Source of the DNA: a virus
Lineage: Duplodnaviria > Caudoviricetes
Length of the DNA stretch: 42,965 bases
IMG/VR virus record: IMGVR_UViG_3300049141_000059
Span: 1-42,965 of that record
Strand: one strand, 5' to 3'
Part shown: one piece after another, positions 17,273 through 26,288 of the stretch
How positions within the stretch are numbered: the first letter of the stretch is position 1
How the letters are laid out: each line of letters starts with the position of its first letter
Notes under the pieces: generated by a model
Told to the model about the DNA's origin: nothing
The model's input: only the letters and a program-made list of their open reading frames with translations
Database searches by the model: none
Made by a program: the position numbers and the translations under genes

Positions 17273-17363
17273 TTTCCAACCCTCCCTTATTTATAATAAT
17301 AGCACATTTCGCACATTTGTGCAATTGCTAATTAAATAAAAAAGGAGCCTTAGACAGCTCCAT

Positions 17364-18227
17364 TTACATCTTTGGTATATTGAGTTGATCTAAATAACGG
17401 TTGATGGCTTCCATAACCAAATCTTTTTCAAACTTATGACCCGAGAGAGCCACCCCTACTTTTAGCCTTCTGTTCAGTGATTCTGGCACATCAAATGTCT
17501 TCTTGACTACAGATTCCTGCATTTCTGTATTTACAGGTTTCTGTATTTTTGTATTGCTGGTTTTCTGGGTAACTGTATTTCTGGGTTTACGGGAACCTGT
17601 TTTTACAGCTTTCTGTATTTCCTTAATTACAGAATTCTGTGATTGTGTATTTCCAATATCCTGTATAACTGTATTAACAGGATCATGTACTTCTGTATTT
17701 ATGGTTTGATGGTTATCTGTAATTACAGTTTCCTGTAATTTCGGTTTTACGGTTTTCTGTATTTCTGGTTTTACAGAACCCTGTACAACTGTAATTACAG
17801 GTACCCGTAATTCTTCTTCTATGGTTTCCTGTATAACTGTAGATGCGGTTTCTTGTAATCCTGTATTTACATCATCCTGTAATTCAGGTAATACAGTTTC
17901 TTGTAATTCCGTTTTTACAGATTCCTGTATTTCTGTATCACTGTGATTCTGTGTTTCTGTATTTATGGTTTCCTGTGTAACTGTAATCACATCTTCCTGT
18001 TGTTCTGTGTTTTTGTATTCCTGTGAACCTGTAAATACAGGTTCCTGAGATTCTGTATTTACGGGTTTCTGTAATTCCTTATTACTGTCATCCTGTGATC
18101 CTGTTTTTACAGTTTTCTGTGATTCTGTTTTTCTGGTTTTACGGGGGATTTCACCTAAGATATCATCAAACAGTTTTCGTTTTGGTGATTTTTTGGTTGG
18201 TTGTTTAGGATTCTCCGACACGCTCAA
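17364..18227 (-). CDS. Partition adaptor / centromere-binding protein with C-terminal RHH and a long repeat insert
   Basis: Overlaps the parA stop; C-terminal KKTFDVPESLNRRLK...EKDLVMEAINRYL. Confidence 0.75.
   Translation of the reverse strand: MSVSENPKQPTKKSPKRKLFDDILGEIPRKTRKTESQKTVKTGSQDDSNKELQKPVNTESQEPVFTGSQEYKNTEQQEDVITVTQETINTETQNHSDTEIQESVKTELQETVLPELQDDVNTGLQETASTVIQETIEEELRVPVITVVQGSVKPEIQKTVKPKLQETVITDNHQTINTEVHDPVNTVIQDIGNTQSQNSVIKEIQKAVKTGSRKPRNTVTQKTSNTKIQKPVNTEMQESVVKKTFDVPESLNRRLKVGVALSGHKFEKDLVMEAINRYLDQLNIPKM
17509..18148. repeat. About 80 in-register octamers, consensus CTGTATTT
   Basis: 8-bp phase kept without indels across 640 bp; periodic ACAG (inverted-core) units. 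Confidence 0.9.
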
Positions 18228-18981
18228 TCAACTCCTTAACAAGTGATACATAAGGCTTTAAGGTTACTCGATCTTTAGCTGTTTCTTTTCGAACTCCAAT
18301 AAGTGAATATTCTTTGATTCTTGTCCTGCGCTTGATGATTGTATCGAAGATCAAATCCTTGAATTGAATTTTGGCTTTTTGATAAACCGATTCATCTAAA
18401 GATGCCACACTATCCATCATGGATGTAATGATTCCAAGAAATTTCATGTCTTTGTTGATCTCTTCTTGTACAAGATCGACAGTTTCCTCATATCGAATTA
18501 AACCATCATAACAAAACGGTTCAGGCTGGAAGATGGCAACAGCATAATCTGATGCTGCTAAGCCGTTTAAAGTGTGGTCACCAAGGTTCGGTGGCAAGTC
18601 GATAACAATGTAGTCATAGTTTTCTTTTAGAGGTTTAATGGTGTCAGCAAGCAGAGTAAATGGATGACCATCTTTGTATTCGGTGTACAAGTATTTGGAC
18701 AAGTACGCCAAATAATCATCAGCAGGGATGATATGAAGATTATCCGTAACCTCATGTATGTATTTTTGAGCGTTCTTTTCTTTAAGTGCTTCGAAAATTG
18801 TACGATCCTCGAAGTCAAAAAGGCTTTGGCGTGTCATCATTTGAGTCAGATTACCTTGACTATCAAAGTCGACCGCTAAAACCTTGTATCCACTTTCAGA
18901 TAAGAGATCGCAAATCATGGCGCAAGTTGTGGTTTTACCAACTCCGCCTTTCCCGATTCCAATCGATATTACTTTTCCCAT
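18205..18981 (-). CDS. parA: ParA/Soj Walker-type partition ATPase (type Ib)
   Basis: KGGVGKTT, VDFDSQGNLT, YDYIVIDLPP; no N-terminal HTH. Confidence 0.95.
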   Translation of the reverse strand: MGKVISIGIGKGGVGKTTTCAMICDLLSESGYKVLAVDFDSQGNLTQMMTRQSLFDFEDRTIFEALKEKNAQKYIHEVTDNLHIIPADDYLAYLSKYLYTEYKDGHPFTLLADTIKPLKENYDYIVIDLPPNLGDHTLNGLAASDYAVAIFQPEPFCYDGLIRYEETVDLVQEEINKDMKFLGIITSMMDSVASLDESVYQKAKIQFKDLIFDTIIKRRTRIKEYSLIGVRKETAKDRVTLKPYVSLVKELIERVGES

Positions 18982-18997
18982 AATAAAAATCCTCCTC

Positions 18998-19037
18998 CTG
19001 TAATTCTGTATACCTGTATTTCTGTATTTATGGTATA
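18998..19037. promoter_or_regulatory. par operator: four to five octamers between promoter and RBS
   Basis: CTGTAATT CTGTATAC CTGTATTT CTGTATTT ATGGTATA. Confidence 0.75.
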
Positions 19038-19061
19038 TCTCCTACATAATAGCATGGACAA

Positions 19062-19200
19062 ATAAAAAAAGCCTGACCAGCCGAAGCCGATCAGGACAGA
19101 GGTTTTTTATTATGGTATTTTTATCATAGCAAAAAACAAAAAACCTGACCAGCGATAGCCGATCAGGAGTAAGGGTAATGTTTGATACTTATCATATCAC
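19062..19200 (-). ncRNA. Two tandem sRNA-like units with a shared terminator hairpin
   Basis: Each unit is TGnTATGAT, about 25 nt of unique sequence, CCTGATCGGC..GCTGGTCAGG and a T-run. Confidence 0.55.
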
Positions 19201-19224
19201 AAGTGAGGGGAAACCCTCGCTTTT

Positions 19225-19950
19225 TTATGTGCGTTTATTCAACTCGATTTTATTTACTTTCTTTTCTAGTAAAGCTCTTACTTTTGCAACTATCTCATCA
19301 ATATTACGAGCTGAAAATGTAGCCCTATCAGCTCCATCAATTACGCAATCATAGAAAGGTGGTGGATCACCAGGATTTATTGGTTTTTCAGGTACATATT
19401 TAACCCCGAAGTATTCACATATCCCCTTAGCAGTTTCAACAGCACATTCTTTTTGAAATGCTACATCTATCATTCGTTTTGCTTCGGTTTTACTTGGATC
19501 ATCCATGAAACCATATTCAACCAGACATGCAGGCATTGTAGTTTCTCTCAACACTTGGAAGTTAGCAGATTTCACACCTCTATCCTTTTGTACAGTGCCA
19601 CCTTTTACATATTTATGGACCAAAGTAGCTAGTTTCTTTCCGTTCACGCTACCAGGATAATGGTAGGTTTCGACACCTTCGCCACCGCCCGCATTGTAAT
19701 GTATGGATACATAAGCATTAGCCTTGTTTCTATTGGCTAAGGCTGTCCGTGTTCCTAGCGGTGTGTCATAATCCGAAGGAGCTACCAACAGGGTACGAAA
19801 GCCGCATCTTTTTAACTCTATGTTTAATAGATTCGCTACAGCTCGGTTAAATGTATTTTCTTTGATAACTCCCACTCCAGCTATATTGGGAGTCCTTTTG
19901 CCGGAGGTGGATTGACCATGACCATCATCAATCGCGATTAAGTAAGACAT
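19225..19950 (-). CDS. Endolysin, N-acetylmuramoyl-L-alanine amidase (Amidase_3)
   Basis: IDDGHG, E, SIHYNA, LVEYGFM. Confidence 0.95.
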   Translation of the reverse strand: MSYLIAIDDGHGQSTSGKRTPNIAGVGVIKENTFNRAVANLLNIELKRCGFRTLLVAPSDYDTPLGTRTALANRNKANAYVSIHYNAGGGEGVETYHYPGSVNGKKLATLVHKYVKGGTVQKDRGVKSANFQVLRETTMPACLVEYGFMDDPSKTEAKRMIDVAFQKECAVETAKGICEYFGVKYVPEKPINPGDPPPFYDCVIDGADRATFSARNIDEIVAKVRALLEKKVNKIELNKRT

Positions 19951-20165
19951 TATTTTCCCCCCTTATCATCGCTATAGCCAGTGTTTTCCGTTGTGGGGTT
20001 ACTGAGTATCCCGAAGATAACTAAAACAGAAATTATAGCCATTAGAGCCTCTTTTACGGCTCCTAGCTGTTCGGGTAGTACCGTAACTCCAAACGACTCC
20101 AAGACAATAGGAATAAACGAAATAACGCTGATCCAAAGACCAGCGTTGCGGAATCTATTTTTCAT
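19950..20165 (-). CDS. Holin
   Basis: RFRN..LW, two TM segments, GILSNPTT. Confidence 0.9.
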   Translation of the reverse strand: MKNRFRNAGLWISVISFIPIVLESFGVTVLPEQLGAVKEALMAIISVLVIFGILSNPTTENTGYSDDKGGK

Positions 20166-20178
20166 GATGATCGCTCCT

Positions 20179-20454
20179 CTATTTTGATAATATGATTTGA
20201 ACTGCCCATGCTACAAATCCGGCAGTGGTTGTTACAAAAATTAAGAACATGGACCAAAACCTCGTTTTCAGGTCTTTGATCTGTTGCTCTAAATCTTTGA
20301 CCTGTTCATCATTGTTAGTGTCTACTTTTGCCACTTCCTTTTGGAGGTGAGCAAGGATAGATCCAAGTACCGCGATATCTCTTTCTAGTTTGTCTAACCT
20401 AGAATCAAGTCTATCTAATTTTTTAATTAAGTCATATGTAGCTTGTTTCGTCAT
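20179..20454 (-). CDS. XhlA-like lysis accessory protein
   Basis: Coiled coil plus C-terminal TM, upstream of the holin. Confidence 0.7.
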   Translation of the reverse strand: MTKQATYDLIKKLDRLDSRLDKLERDIAVLGSILAHLQKEVAKVDTNNDEQVKDLEQQIKDLKTRFWSMFLIFVTTTAGFVAWAVQIILSK

Positions 20455-20500
20455 GTATGTACCTCCTCACACTCACCTCCAGCGAAAAACCCTCTTTCTT

Positions 20501-21418
20501 TTAAACCGAGATTTGTCCCATGTAATGTACAGTAAATTCGGATGTGTTAACCTGAACAGTTATACCAGTTCCGCAATCGTGAAAGACTAGTACTTGGAGA
20601 TAGTCTCCAGCTAGGAATTGTTCGATGGATATTGCAGAAAAATCCATTGCACCCGCTCCACCATACACCGTATTTATCGCTACGGTATCAACTCCATTTT
20701 TTCTAACAAAAACCGTTCTTCGTGGAGCTGTAGCCGATGGTGCTCCACTAGCTCCACCCATAGCGGCACGGGCTTTAATGAAGTAAAAACCATCCTGTGG
20801 AATAACAATTCGTGTGTTATCTGTACCTGGATACATGGAGGGCATTGTCATCCAGTTAAAACCACCAGCATACGAAACTAAAGTATTGGTTGCAGTTGCT
20901 AAAGTCATAGTCCCTGACATAAAACGCTTGATCGAAGGAACAACCGCATTGTTAGGAGTTGCTAATACTCTTCTATCTGTAATGGTGAAACTGGAAGCAG
21001 AGGAAGCATTATTTGGAACTGCAACAGTAGCAAGTGGTAAATCCCAATTATTCGCGTTCTGCACTGGTGTAGTAGTCCCTTGTAACACTTGATATTGCAT
21101 TGTGTTGTTGACAAAATCACATCGTAAGACAACCAAATCTGTCCTTGTTGATCCGCTAGTATTCGAGTTGATAGCTAGTGTGGCATCTGTTCCAGTATGG
21201 ATAAAGCAATGACCCTTGACGAAAGCTTTACCAGCTACAATAGTTACAGCCATTCCAGAACCAGCACTAACCGCCATATTGTTTGCTGAAATATCCATCG
21301 ACGTACCTTCTGCCATGATTCCATCTGTTTTCATTTTCTGAAACATGGCTCGCCATCTGGATTCCATAGAATTGGCTCCAAGTCCCGAATCAAAGGGGAA
21401 ATAATCATAAGTGGGCAT
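20501..21418 (-). CDS. Minor tail / receptor-binding protein
   Basis: R.DLVVLR...LPLA.V.V...ITD.R N-domain; beta-rich C1q-like C-domain; last tail gene. Confidence 0.75.
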   Translation of the reverse strand: MPTYDYFPFDSGLGANSMESRWRAMFQKMKTDGIMAEGTSMDISANNMAVSAGSGMAVTIVAGKAFVKGHCFIHTGTDATLAINSNTSGSTRTDLVVLRCDFVNNTMQYQVLQGTTTPVQNANNWDLPLATVAVPNNASSASSFTITDRRVLATPNNAVVPSIKRFMSGTMTLATATNTLVSYAGGFNWMTMPSMYPGTDNTRIVIPQDGFYFIKARAAMGGASGAPSATAPRRTVFVRKNGVDTVAINTVYGGAGAMDFSAISIEQFLAGDYLQVLVFHDCGTGITVQVNTSEFTVHYMGQISV

Positions 21419-21422
21419 CCTA

Positions 21423-22610
21423 TCACCTCTTTTCTATTTTGCCTACACGCCCTTGCAATCGGCGGTATTGATCGAATAAACGGAAAGTGGTTCCTACTGC
21501 TGCTCCCGGTGTTCCTACGGTTGGAGTTATAACCTCACCATCTTTGTCTATAGTGATTTGAATGGAGCGTATGACATCCTCAATGGTTTCCCCTTGTACT
21601 TCTACAGTCGCTTTATAACCAAGGTCATAATCAACCATGAATTGCGTTCCTGGTACATCCAACGGATATATTTCAAGTCCTGTTTGCTCTGTTCGTTCCT
21701 CTAATTCGTTGTATAACGCCTGTAGTAGTTCGCTTTCTACGGTTGTCTGTCGTTGGTCTAGAAAATACTCTATGGTTCCGTATAGAACCCTTGAAGGCTC
21801 ATCACCAGTCCCAACAAAATAGCGCGCTGTATCCTCTCCGCCGCCTCCGCACAATATATAGTTGCCCTCTGGAGCCTCAACAGAATAGCGATACCCAGAT
21901 AGATTCCGTCTTTCTTTAGAGAATACGACCGTCTCGGTTACATCTTCCGGTTGGAAAACTTCGAAAAGTAGAATAGGGATTCCAAAGAAATCATCATAAG
22001 ATTGGATGACTCGGAACCCCAAACCGCCGCTTAGTGCGCATTCTTGTAACTTTTCGATCAGGTTGTTGTATCGGCTACGGACAGTTATGGTAGGGCCTTT
22101 TAAACCGTCTGTTGTGGTTGCTAAAAGTGGAATTTCGCGCGGATCAACTGCGAGATATCCCGCATTATTTTCCACCAAATGAAGCATACAAGTTTCTGCT
22201 TTACCAGTGAATACATCGTAGCCAATGCCTGTGCCCCTGTGAAAGTTATATATCCCATCAGGATTCGGTGGAATCGCCATCCTTGTAGCGAGAAGCCCTG
22301 TATCATCAATTCCCATGACGGTAAATGATCCTTGATCTCCATCACCGCTCCAATCCTCGTTCATCTCGATATTGCGGATCGGACCAGAGAAAACAATATC
22401 TCCGTCACGGGTTACTATGATGCCACCAAGCCCATCACCCTCACGTCGAACTTGCAAGAGTGTGTTGATAGCGTCTGTCTCTTCTGGAGGAAGCTCCAAT
22501 ATCCACTTGCCCACGTCATTAAAATTCATGATGAGGGTTAACTTGGTGTAGTTGATGACAGGAGCTATACGATCCAAAAAACTATCTCTTACCCATACCT
22601 CATAACTCAT
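21423..22610 (-). CDS. Tail-tip hub (Tal; siphovirus Gp37-like)
   Basis: FNDVG.W.L, G.GE...R, E.F.D.R motifs; follows Dit. Confidence 0.8.
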   Translation of the reverse strand: MSYEVWVRDSFLDRIAPVINYTKLTLIMNFNDVGKWILELPPEETDAINTLLQVRREGDGLGGIIVTRDGDIVFSGPIRNIEMNEDWSGDGDQGSFTVMGIDDTGLLATRMAIPPNPDGIYNFHRGTGIGYDVFTGKAETCMLHLVENNAGYLAVDPREIPLLATTTDGLKGPTITVRSRYNNLIEKLQECALSGGLGFRVIQSYDDFFGIPILLFEVFQPEDVTETVVFSKERRNLSGYRYSVEAPEGNYILCGGGGEDTARYFVGTGDEPSRVLYGTIEYFLDQRQTTVESELLQALYNELEERTEQTGLEIYPLDVPGTQFMVDYDLGYKATVEVQGETIEDVIRSIQITIDKDGEVITPTVGTPGAAVGTTFRLFDQYRRLQGRVGKIEKR

Positions 22611-22611
22611 A

Positions 22612-23472
22612 TTAAACCCCCAAATATCGCGGACTATAGGCAAGCTGAATAGACGAATCAGCGGTAGCGTTCGCCATTTCGATCTTGACCGAGTTCTGAC
22701 CAGGTTCTAGCGTCCAAAAAGTAGAACCCCAAGCCAGTTGCGGCAAGAGGTTAATGTTTTCATCTAATGTGATTTGTCGTAATTTCGTATCAATAGTGAT
22801 CGTTTGTGTGTCATCAAGCGTTACATTGCTGATGGACAATGTTTCTCCTGTAGTTTGATTTATCAATGCTGGATTGTCTCCCGGACCATGTATTGTCCAT
22901 GTGGGAAAAGTTTTAACGTCCCCATCATAGTTGATACTGAGCTGAGAACTAACCGCATCGCCGCCCAGATTCAAAGGGAAGAACGGGAACCACATGGGAG
23001 GATTTTGGTCTAGCATGAAAACTTCTGATGTCTCTGATCCGTAAAAATAAGGATCGAAAGCCCGAAAGACAAGCGTTAATTTACTCCAACAAACCCCGTT
23101 CTCTTCGCCTGCTCTGCCCTGCAATCCGTCTTTGTATAAACATGAAATGTATCTATCAAAGCCATCAGGAGAAATGAAACGAATCTTTCCAATGCCTCTG
23201 TAGATATTCAAAGAATGAGTAAGGCTTCTGATTCGTTGGAATAAATCTGATCGACTGGTACCCCACACAATCAAATCAAGTTCTAATTCACGGGGTAGTG
23301 TCTTCGATCTACGATAAAAAGACCCGTCCTCAAAGGGAATAGGGTCTTCTATGTGTTGAAAGTCAGGATTATTGAAACCGCTCCAGCCGCTTACGTCTAT
23401 CCAATCCTGTACAGTGATAATAGTTTCTTCGTTCGTTGGTGATATCCAAGATATTACTTCTTGATCAGCCAT
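22612..23472 (-). CDS. Distal tail protein (Dit)
   Basis: AFDPYFY, GP..NP, L.PG.N; follows the tape measure gene. Confidence 0.85.
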   Translation of the reverse strand: MADQEVISWISPTNEETIITVQDWIDVSGWSGFNNPDFQHIEDPIPFEDGSFYRRSKTLPRELELDLIVWGTSRSDLFQRIRSLTHSLNIYRGIGKIRFISPDGFDRYISCLYKDGLQGRAGEENGVCWSKLTLVFRAFDPYFYGSETSEVFMLDQNPPMWFPFFPLNLGGDAVSSQLSINYDGDVKTFPTWTIHGPGDNPALINQTTGETLSISNVTLDDTQTITIDTKLRQITLDENINLLPQLAWGSTFWTLEPGQNSVKIEMANATADSSIQLAYSPRYLGV

Positions 23473-25690
23473 AGAGGAACGCCGCCTTTCTCATAGCGTT
23501 CAATACTTCTTTGTCTGTTGTGCGTTGTGCTTCATAGATGTTGATAATGGGCTGTTGTCTGGATGCACTGGTGGTACTTGTTGTATTAGTAGGTTTTTGA
23601 ATCTGTGAAGTAGCATCAGCAGCGTTTGTTGCTGCCATTTTGATTTTTGGTACTCCCGCATTCATACCTTGAGCAAACATGGACATCAAGTTAGGAGCCC
23701 ATTTATCAGCATTTGCCCCTGGTCCCAATTCCGTAGGAGATGAGAAGCCAAGGTAAGACTTGATTTTTGCTGCTGCGCTCTTTGCTGCTGCTACTATCCC
23801 GCTTATTTTGCTTCTTATCCCATTTCCAAACATGCTCATTAAGTTCGATCCCCAAGAATAGGCTTGACTTGCTAATCCAGACAATAAGCTTCTGATACTG
23901 CTAGCCGCGTTTGATACTGCATTTCTTGCCGCGCTGAACCCTCTTGATATAGTAGAACCTATCCGAGACATAGCAGATGAAATAACCCTTGTAATTGCCG
24001 CCCACGCTGTAGACGCTAAAGCCCTTATCACATTCCACGCAGTGGTCACTACGGAACGGATAGACGCAAATCTGGAAGAGATCGTCGAACCTATCCGGCT
24101 TAAGAATTGACTTGTAACGGTCATAATGGATCTCCAAGCGCCCCCGATGACTTGACCAAGGGAAGCCGCCCATCTTCCCAAGAATCCAAGAATCCGACCA
24201 CCAAAGAACAAAAGGAAAAGATTCCATATCAAGGACAACGCCGACGAAAGAAGCGCCTGCACTGAGTTCCACAACCCCGTCCAATTTGCTGTAAAGAGAT
24301 TCGCAAAAACCATGATCAAATTCAAAATCACATCAATCGCGCTAGAAATCACATTTTTAATAATGTTCCATGTGGATACAATGATAAATTGGATCGCTGG
24401 CCAAATAAATTGTATAACCGACCAGATCATTTGCATCGCTACAGTGATTACACTAACTAAAAAATTCCATACATTTGAAGCTGCTTGAACGATTGTCGCA
24501 CCGTTTGTGCTCCACCATGTTTGTATCTTCGTCCACTGTTGCAATATGAAATCGACGACGGCTTGAACGGCTGGCGTCAAATAATCGACGACGGCTTGGA
24601 ATCCTATCTTTATCGCTTCCCACGCTTGCAATACACCATCCCGAAACGCTGCTGATTTATTCCAAGCTAGAACAAGAATCGCAATCAATGCAGCAATGCC
24701 GCCGATTACCGCCCAAGCGGGTCCACTAATCGCTGCAAGTGCGCCGCCTATCGTTCCAAATAGTCCTATTACGCTTGAACCTAACATGATAAGAGCACCA
24801 AGCGACATTAAAATTACAGGTAACACCGCTGCAAATGCGGCTATCCCGACAAGAGCAGCTTTTGCACCTGACGACAATGAAGAAAACCAACTGCTAAACC
24901 TTTCTATACCAGAGATTACAGAAGGCAAATACGTTAAAGCTAATTTCGCTAGTTCATCCCCTACAGGCTTCAAGGCTTCTTGAATCTGTCGCCACATCGA
25001 TGTAAATTGGACCCATGTGTCACCGCTCGCAATCGCTGCAACTTCGCTGGCTCTACCTCTCACGTCATCTAATGTTTTAGCTAAGTTTTTGCTGTTTAGA
25101 TCGGCAGTGTCAACACCCGCGGCTACTAGGTCCATTGCTTGATCTGATGTGACCCCAAATTTCATCATAAGTTCGCGTACCTGATCGATTGCAGCAACTG
25201 CATCAATTCCAAGGATGGTAGAGAGAGCAGCGGCATTGCTCACCACATTAGATAATTGAACATCATTTAACATCCATAATTTTTTCTGTGCGGTTCCTGC
25301 GATGTTCGCTATTTCATTCAGGTCTTTCCCTAAACCATCCCGAAACACTTGTTGTACAATGGGTGTTAATCGCTTCATTGCTGCCTCTGAGTTTCCCGTT
25401 TGAGCTTGCAGAACAGAGAACATACGGTCAATATCTCCGGCACTTTTAAGAGCTACACCACCAAGCAGAGCAAGGGGAATTGTGATACCTTGCATCATGT
25501 TTTCAGACATATCAACCATGTTTTCCCCAACTTCACGACCGCGGTCTCCAATTTCTTTCATTCGGTCTGTCAACTGTATGGAAGCTTTTTGAGCACGTTG
25601 GAAGGCTCGCTCCGCTGTTTGACCTACCTTCTCTAGTACTCTACTTGCGTTGTCTTTACCATTGACAATGATATCTATAATGTTTGCCAA
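23465..25690 (-). CDS. Tape measure protein
   Basis: Long A/S-rich helical protein with periodic W/F and a central hydrophobic stretch. Confidence 0.92.
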   Translation of the reverse strand: MANIIDIIVNGKDNASRVLEKVGQTAERAFQRAQKASIQLTDRMKEIGDRGREVGENMVDMSENMMQGITIPLALLGGVALKSAGDIDRMFSVLQAQTGNSEAAMKRLTPIVQQVFRDGLGKDLNEIANIAGTAQKKLWMLNDVQLSNVVSNAAALSTILGIDAVAAIDQVRELMMKFGVTSDQAMDLVAAGVDTADLNSKNLAKTLDDVRGRASEVAAIASGDTWVQFTSMWRQIQEALKPVGDELAKLALTYLPSVISGIERFSSWFSSLSSGAKAALVGIAAFAAVLPVILMSLGALIMLGSSVIGLFGTIGGALAAISGPAWAVIGGIAALIAILVLAWNKSAAFRDGVLQAWEAIKIGFQAVVDYLTPAVQAVVDFILQQWTKIQTWWSTNGATIVQAASNVWNFLVSVITVAMQMIWSVIQFIWPAIQFIIVSTWNIIKNVISSAIDVILNLIMVFANLFTANWTGLWNSVQALLSSALSLIWNLFLLFFGGRILGFLGRWAASLGQVIGGAWRSIMTVTSQFLSRIGSTISSRFASIRSVVTTAWNVIRALASTAWAAITRVISSAMSRIGSTISRGFSAARNAVSNAASSIRSLLSGLASQAYSWGSNLMSMFGNGIRSKISGIVAAAKSAAAKIKSYLGFSSPTELGPGANADKWAPNLMSMFAQGMNAGVPKIKMAATNAADATSQIQKPTNTTSTTSASRQQPIINIYEAQRTTDKEVLNAMRKAAFLYG

Positions 25691-25852
25691 TCATCTCCCC
25701 CCTTTCTTCTTGGACTGGCGTTCTATCTCTTTTTGTTCTTGATTCCATTGCTCTATCAATACGATTTTTTGAAGTTGTGTCAAATCAGCATAGTCGTTTG
25801 GAGACATTCGTAAATGACGGATGAAAAAATAAAACTCCTTCGCATCATCACT
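25691..25852 (-). CDS. Frameshift extension of the tail assembly chaperone (+1 frame)
   Basis: Open frame SDDAKEFYFF...KKKGGR without its own RBS, ending exactly at the TMP start. Confidence 0.65.
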   Translation of the reverse strand, partial: SDDAKEFYFFIRHLRMSPNDYADLTQLQKIVLIEQWNQEQKEIERQSKKKGGR

Positions 25853-26276
25853 CTTTTTTGCGAAAGGAGTCTATATTCTTATCCTCACTTAATTCTTTTC
25901 TTTTTTGTGGGGAATCGATTCCTGATATCTCCATTACTTTTTCTCCTACTGCTTCAATCCACTTAGGTTTCCAAGATTCATCAATAGTCTGTGTTGTCCA
26001 TTCAGTATCAACAGTACCAAGGGCAGCCGCTTTTAGCCATGCATCATACTGAGCTTCTGCTAATGCAACTGTATCCACTTCTACCGCTTGTGATTCATTC
26101 TTTCCAATTTTCTTCTGATTCACCTTTACCCCGCGGGATAAGATACCTTGTATTTGCTTAGCTTCTGTATGACGCAGGGGTCTAATCTCAATTTCGTAGG
26201 AGGTTCCCTCATGTTCAACGGTTACTACTTCTACCTGTTTAATACCTTGCGCTAATGCAAGGGTTAATTTACCCAT
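25848..26276 (-). CDS. Tail assembly chaperone
   Basis: Position between tail tube and TMP; IEIRPL motif. Confidence 0.8.
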   Translation of the reverse strand: MGKLTLALAQGIKQVEVVTVEHEGTSYEIEIRPLRHTEAKQIQGILSRGVKVNQKKIGKNESQAVEVDTVALAEAQYDAWLKAAALGTVDTEWTTQTIDESWKPKWIEAVGEKVMEISGIDSPQKRKELSEDKNIDSFRKKE

Positions 26277-26288
26277 GTCTAAATCCTC

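Noticed and set aside
19062-19170. Duplicated hairpin as a mini-CRISPR array
   Set aside because: Only two copies, each with its own -10 box and T-tail; better explained as separate sRNA/terminator units
20501-21418. Diversity-generating retroelement or invertible RBP system
   Set aside because: No reverse transcriptase, template repeat, duplicate RBP C-termini or invertase seen
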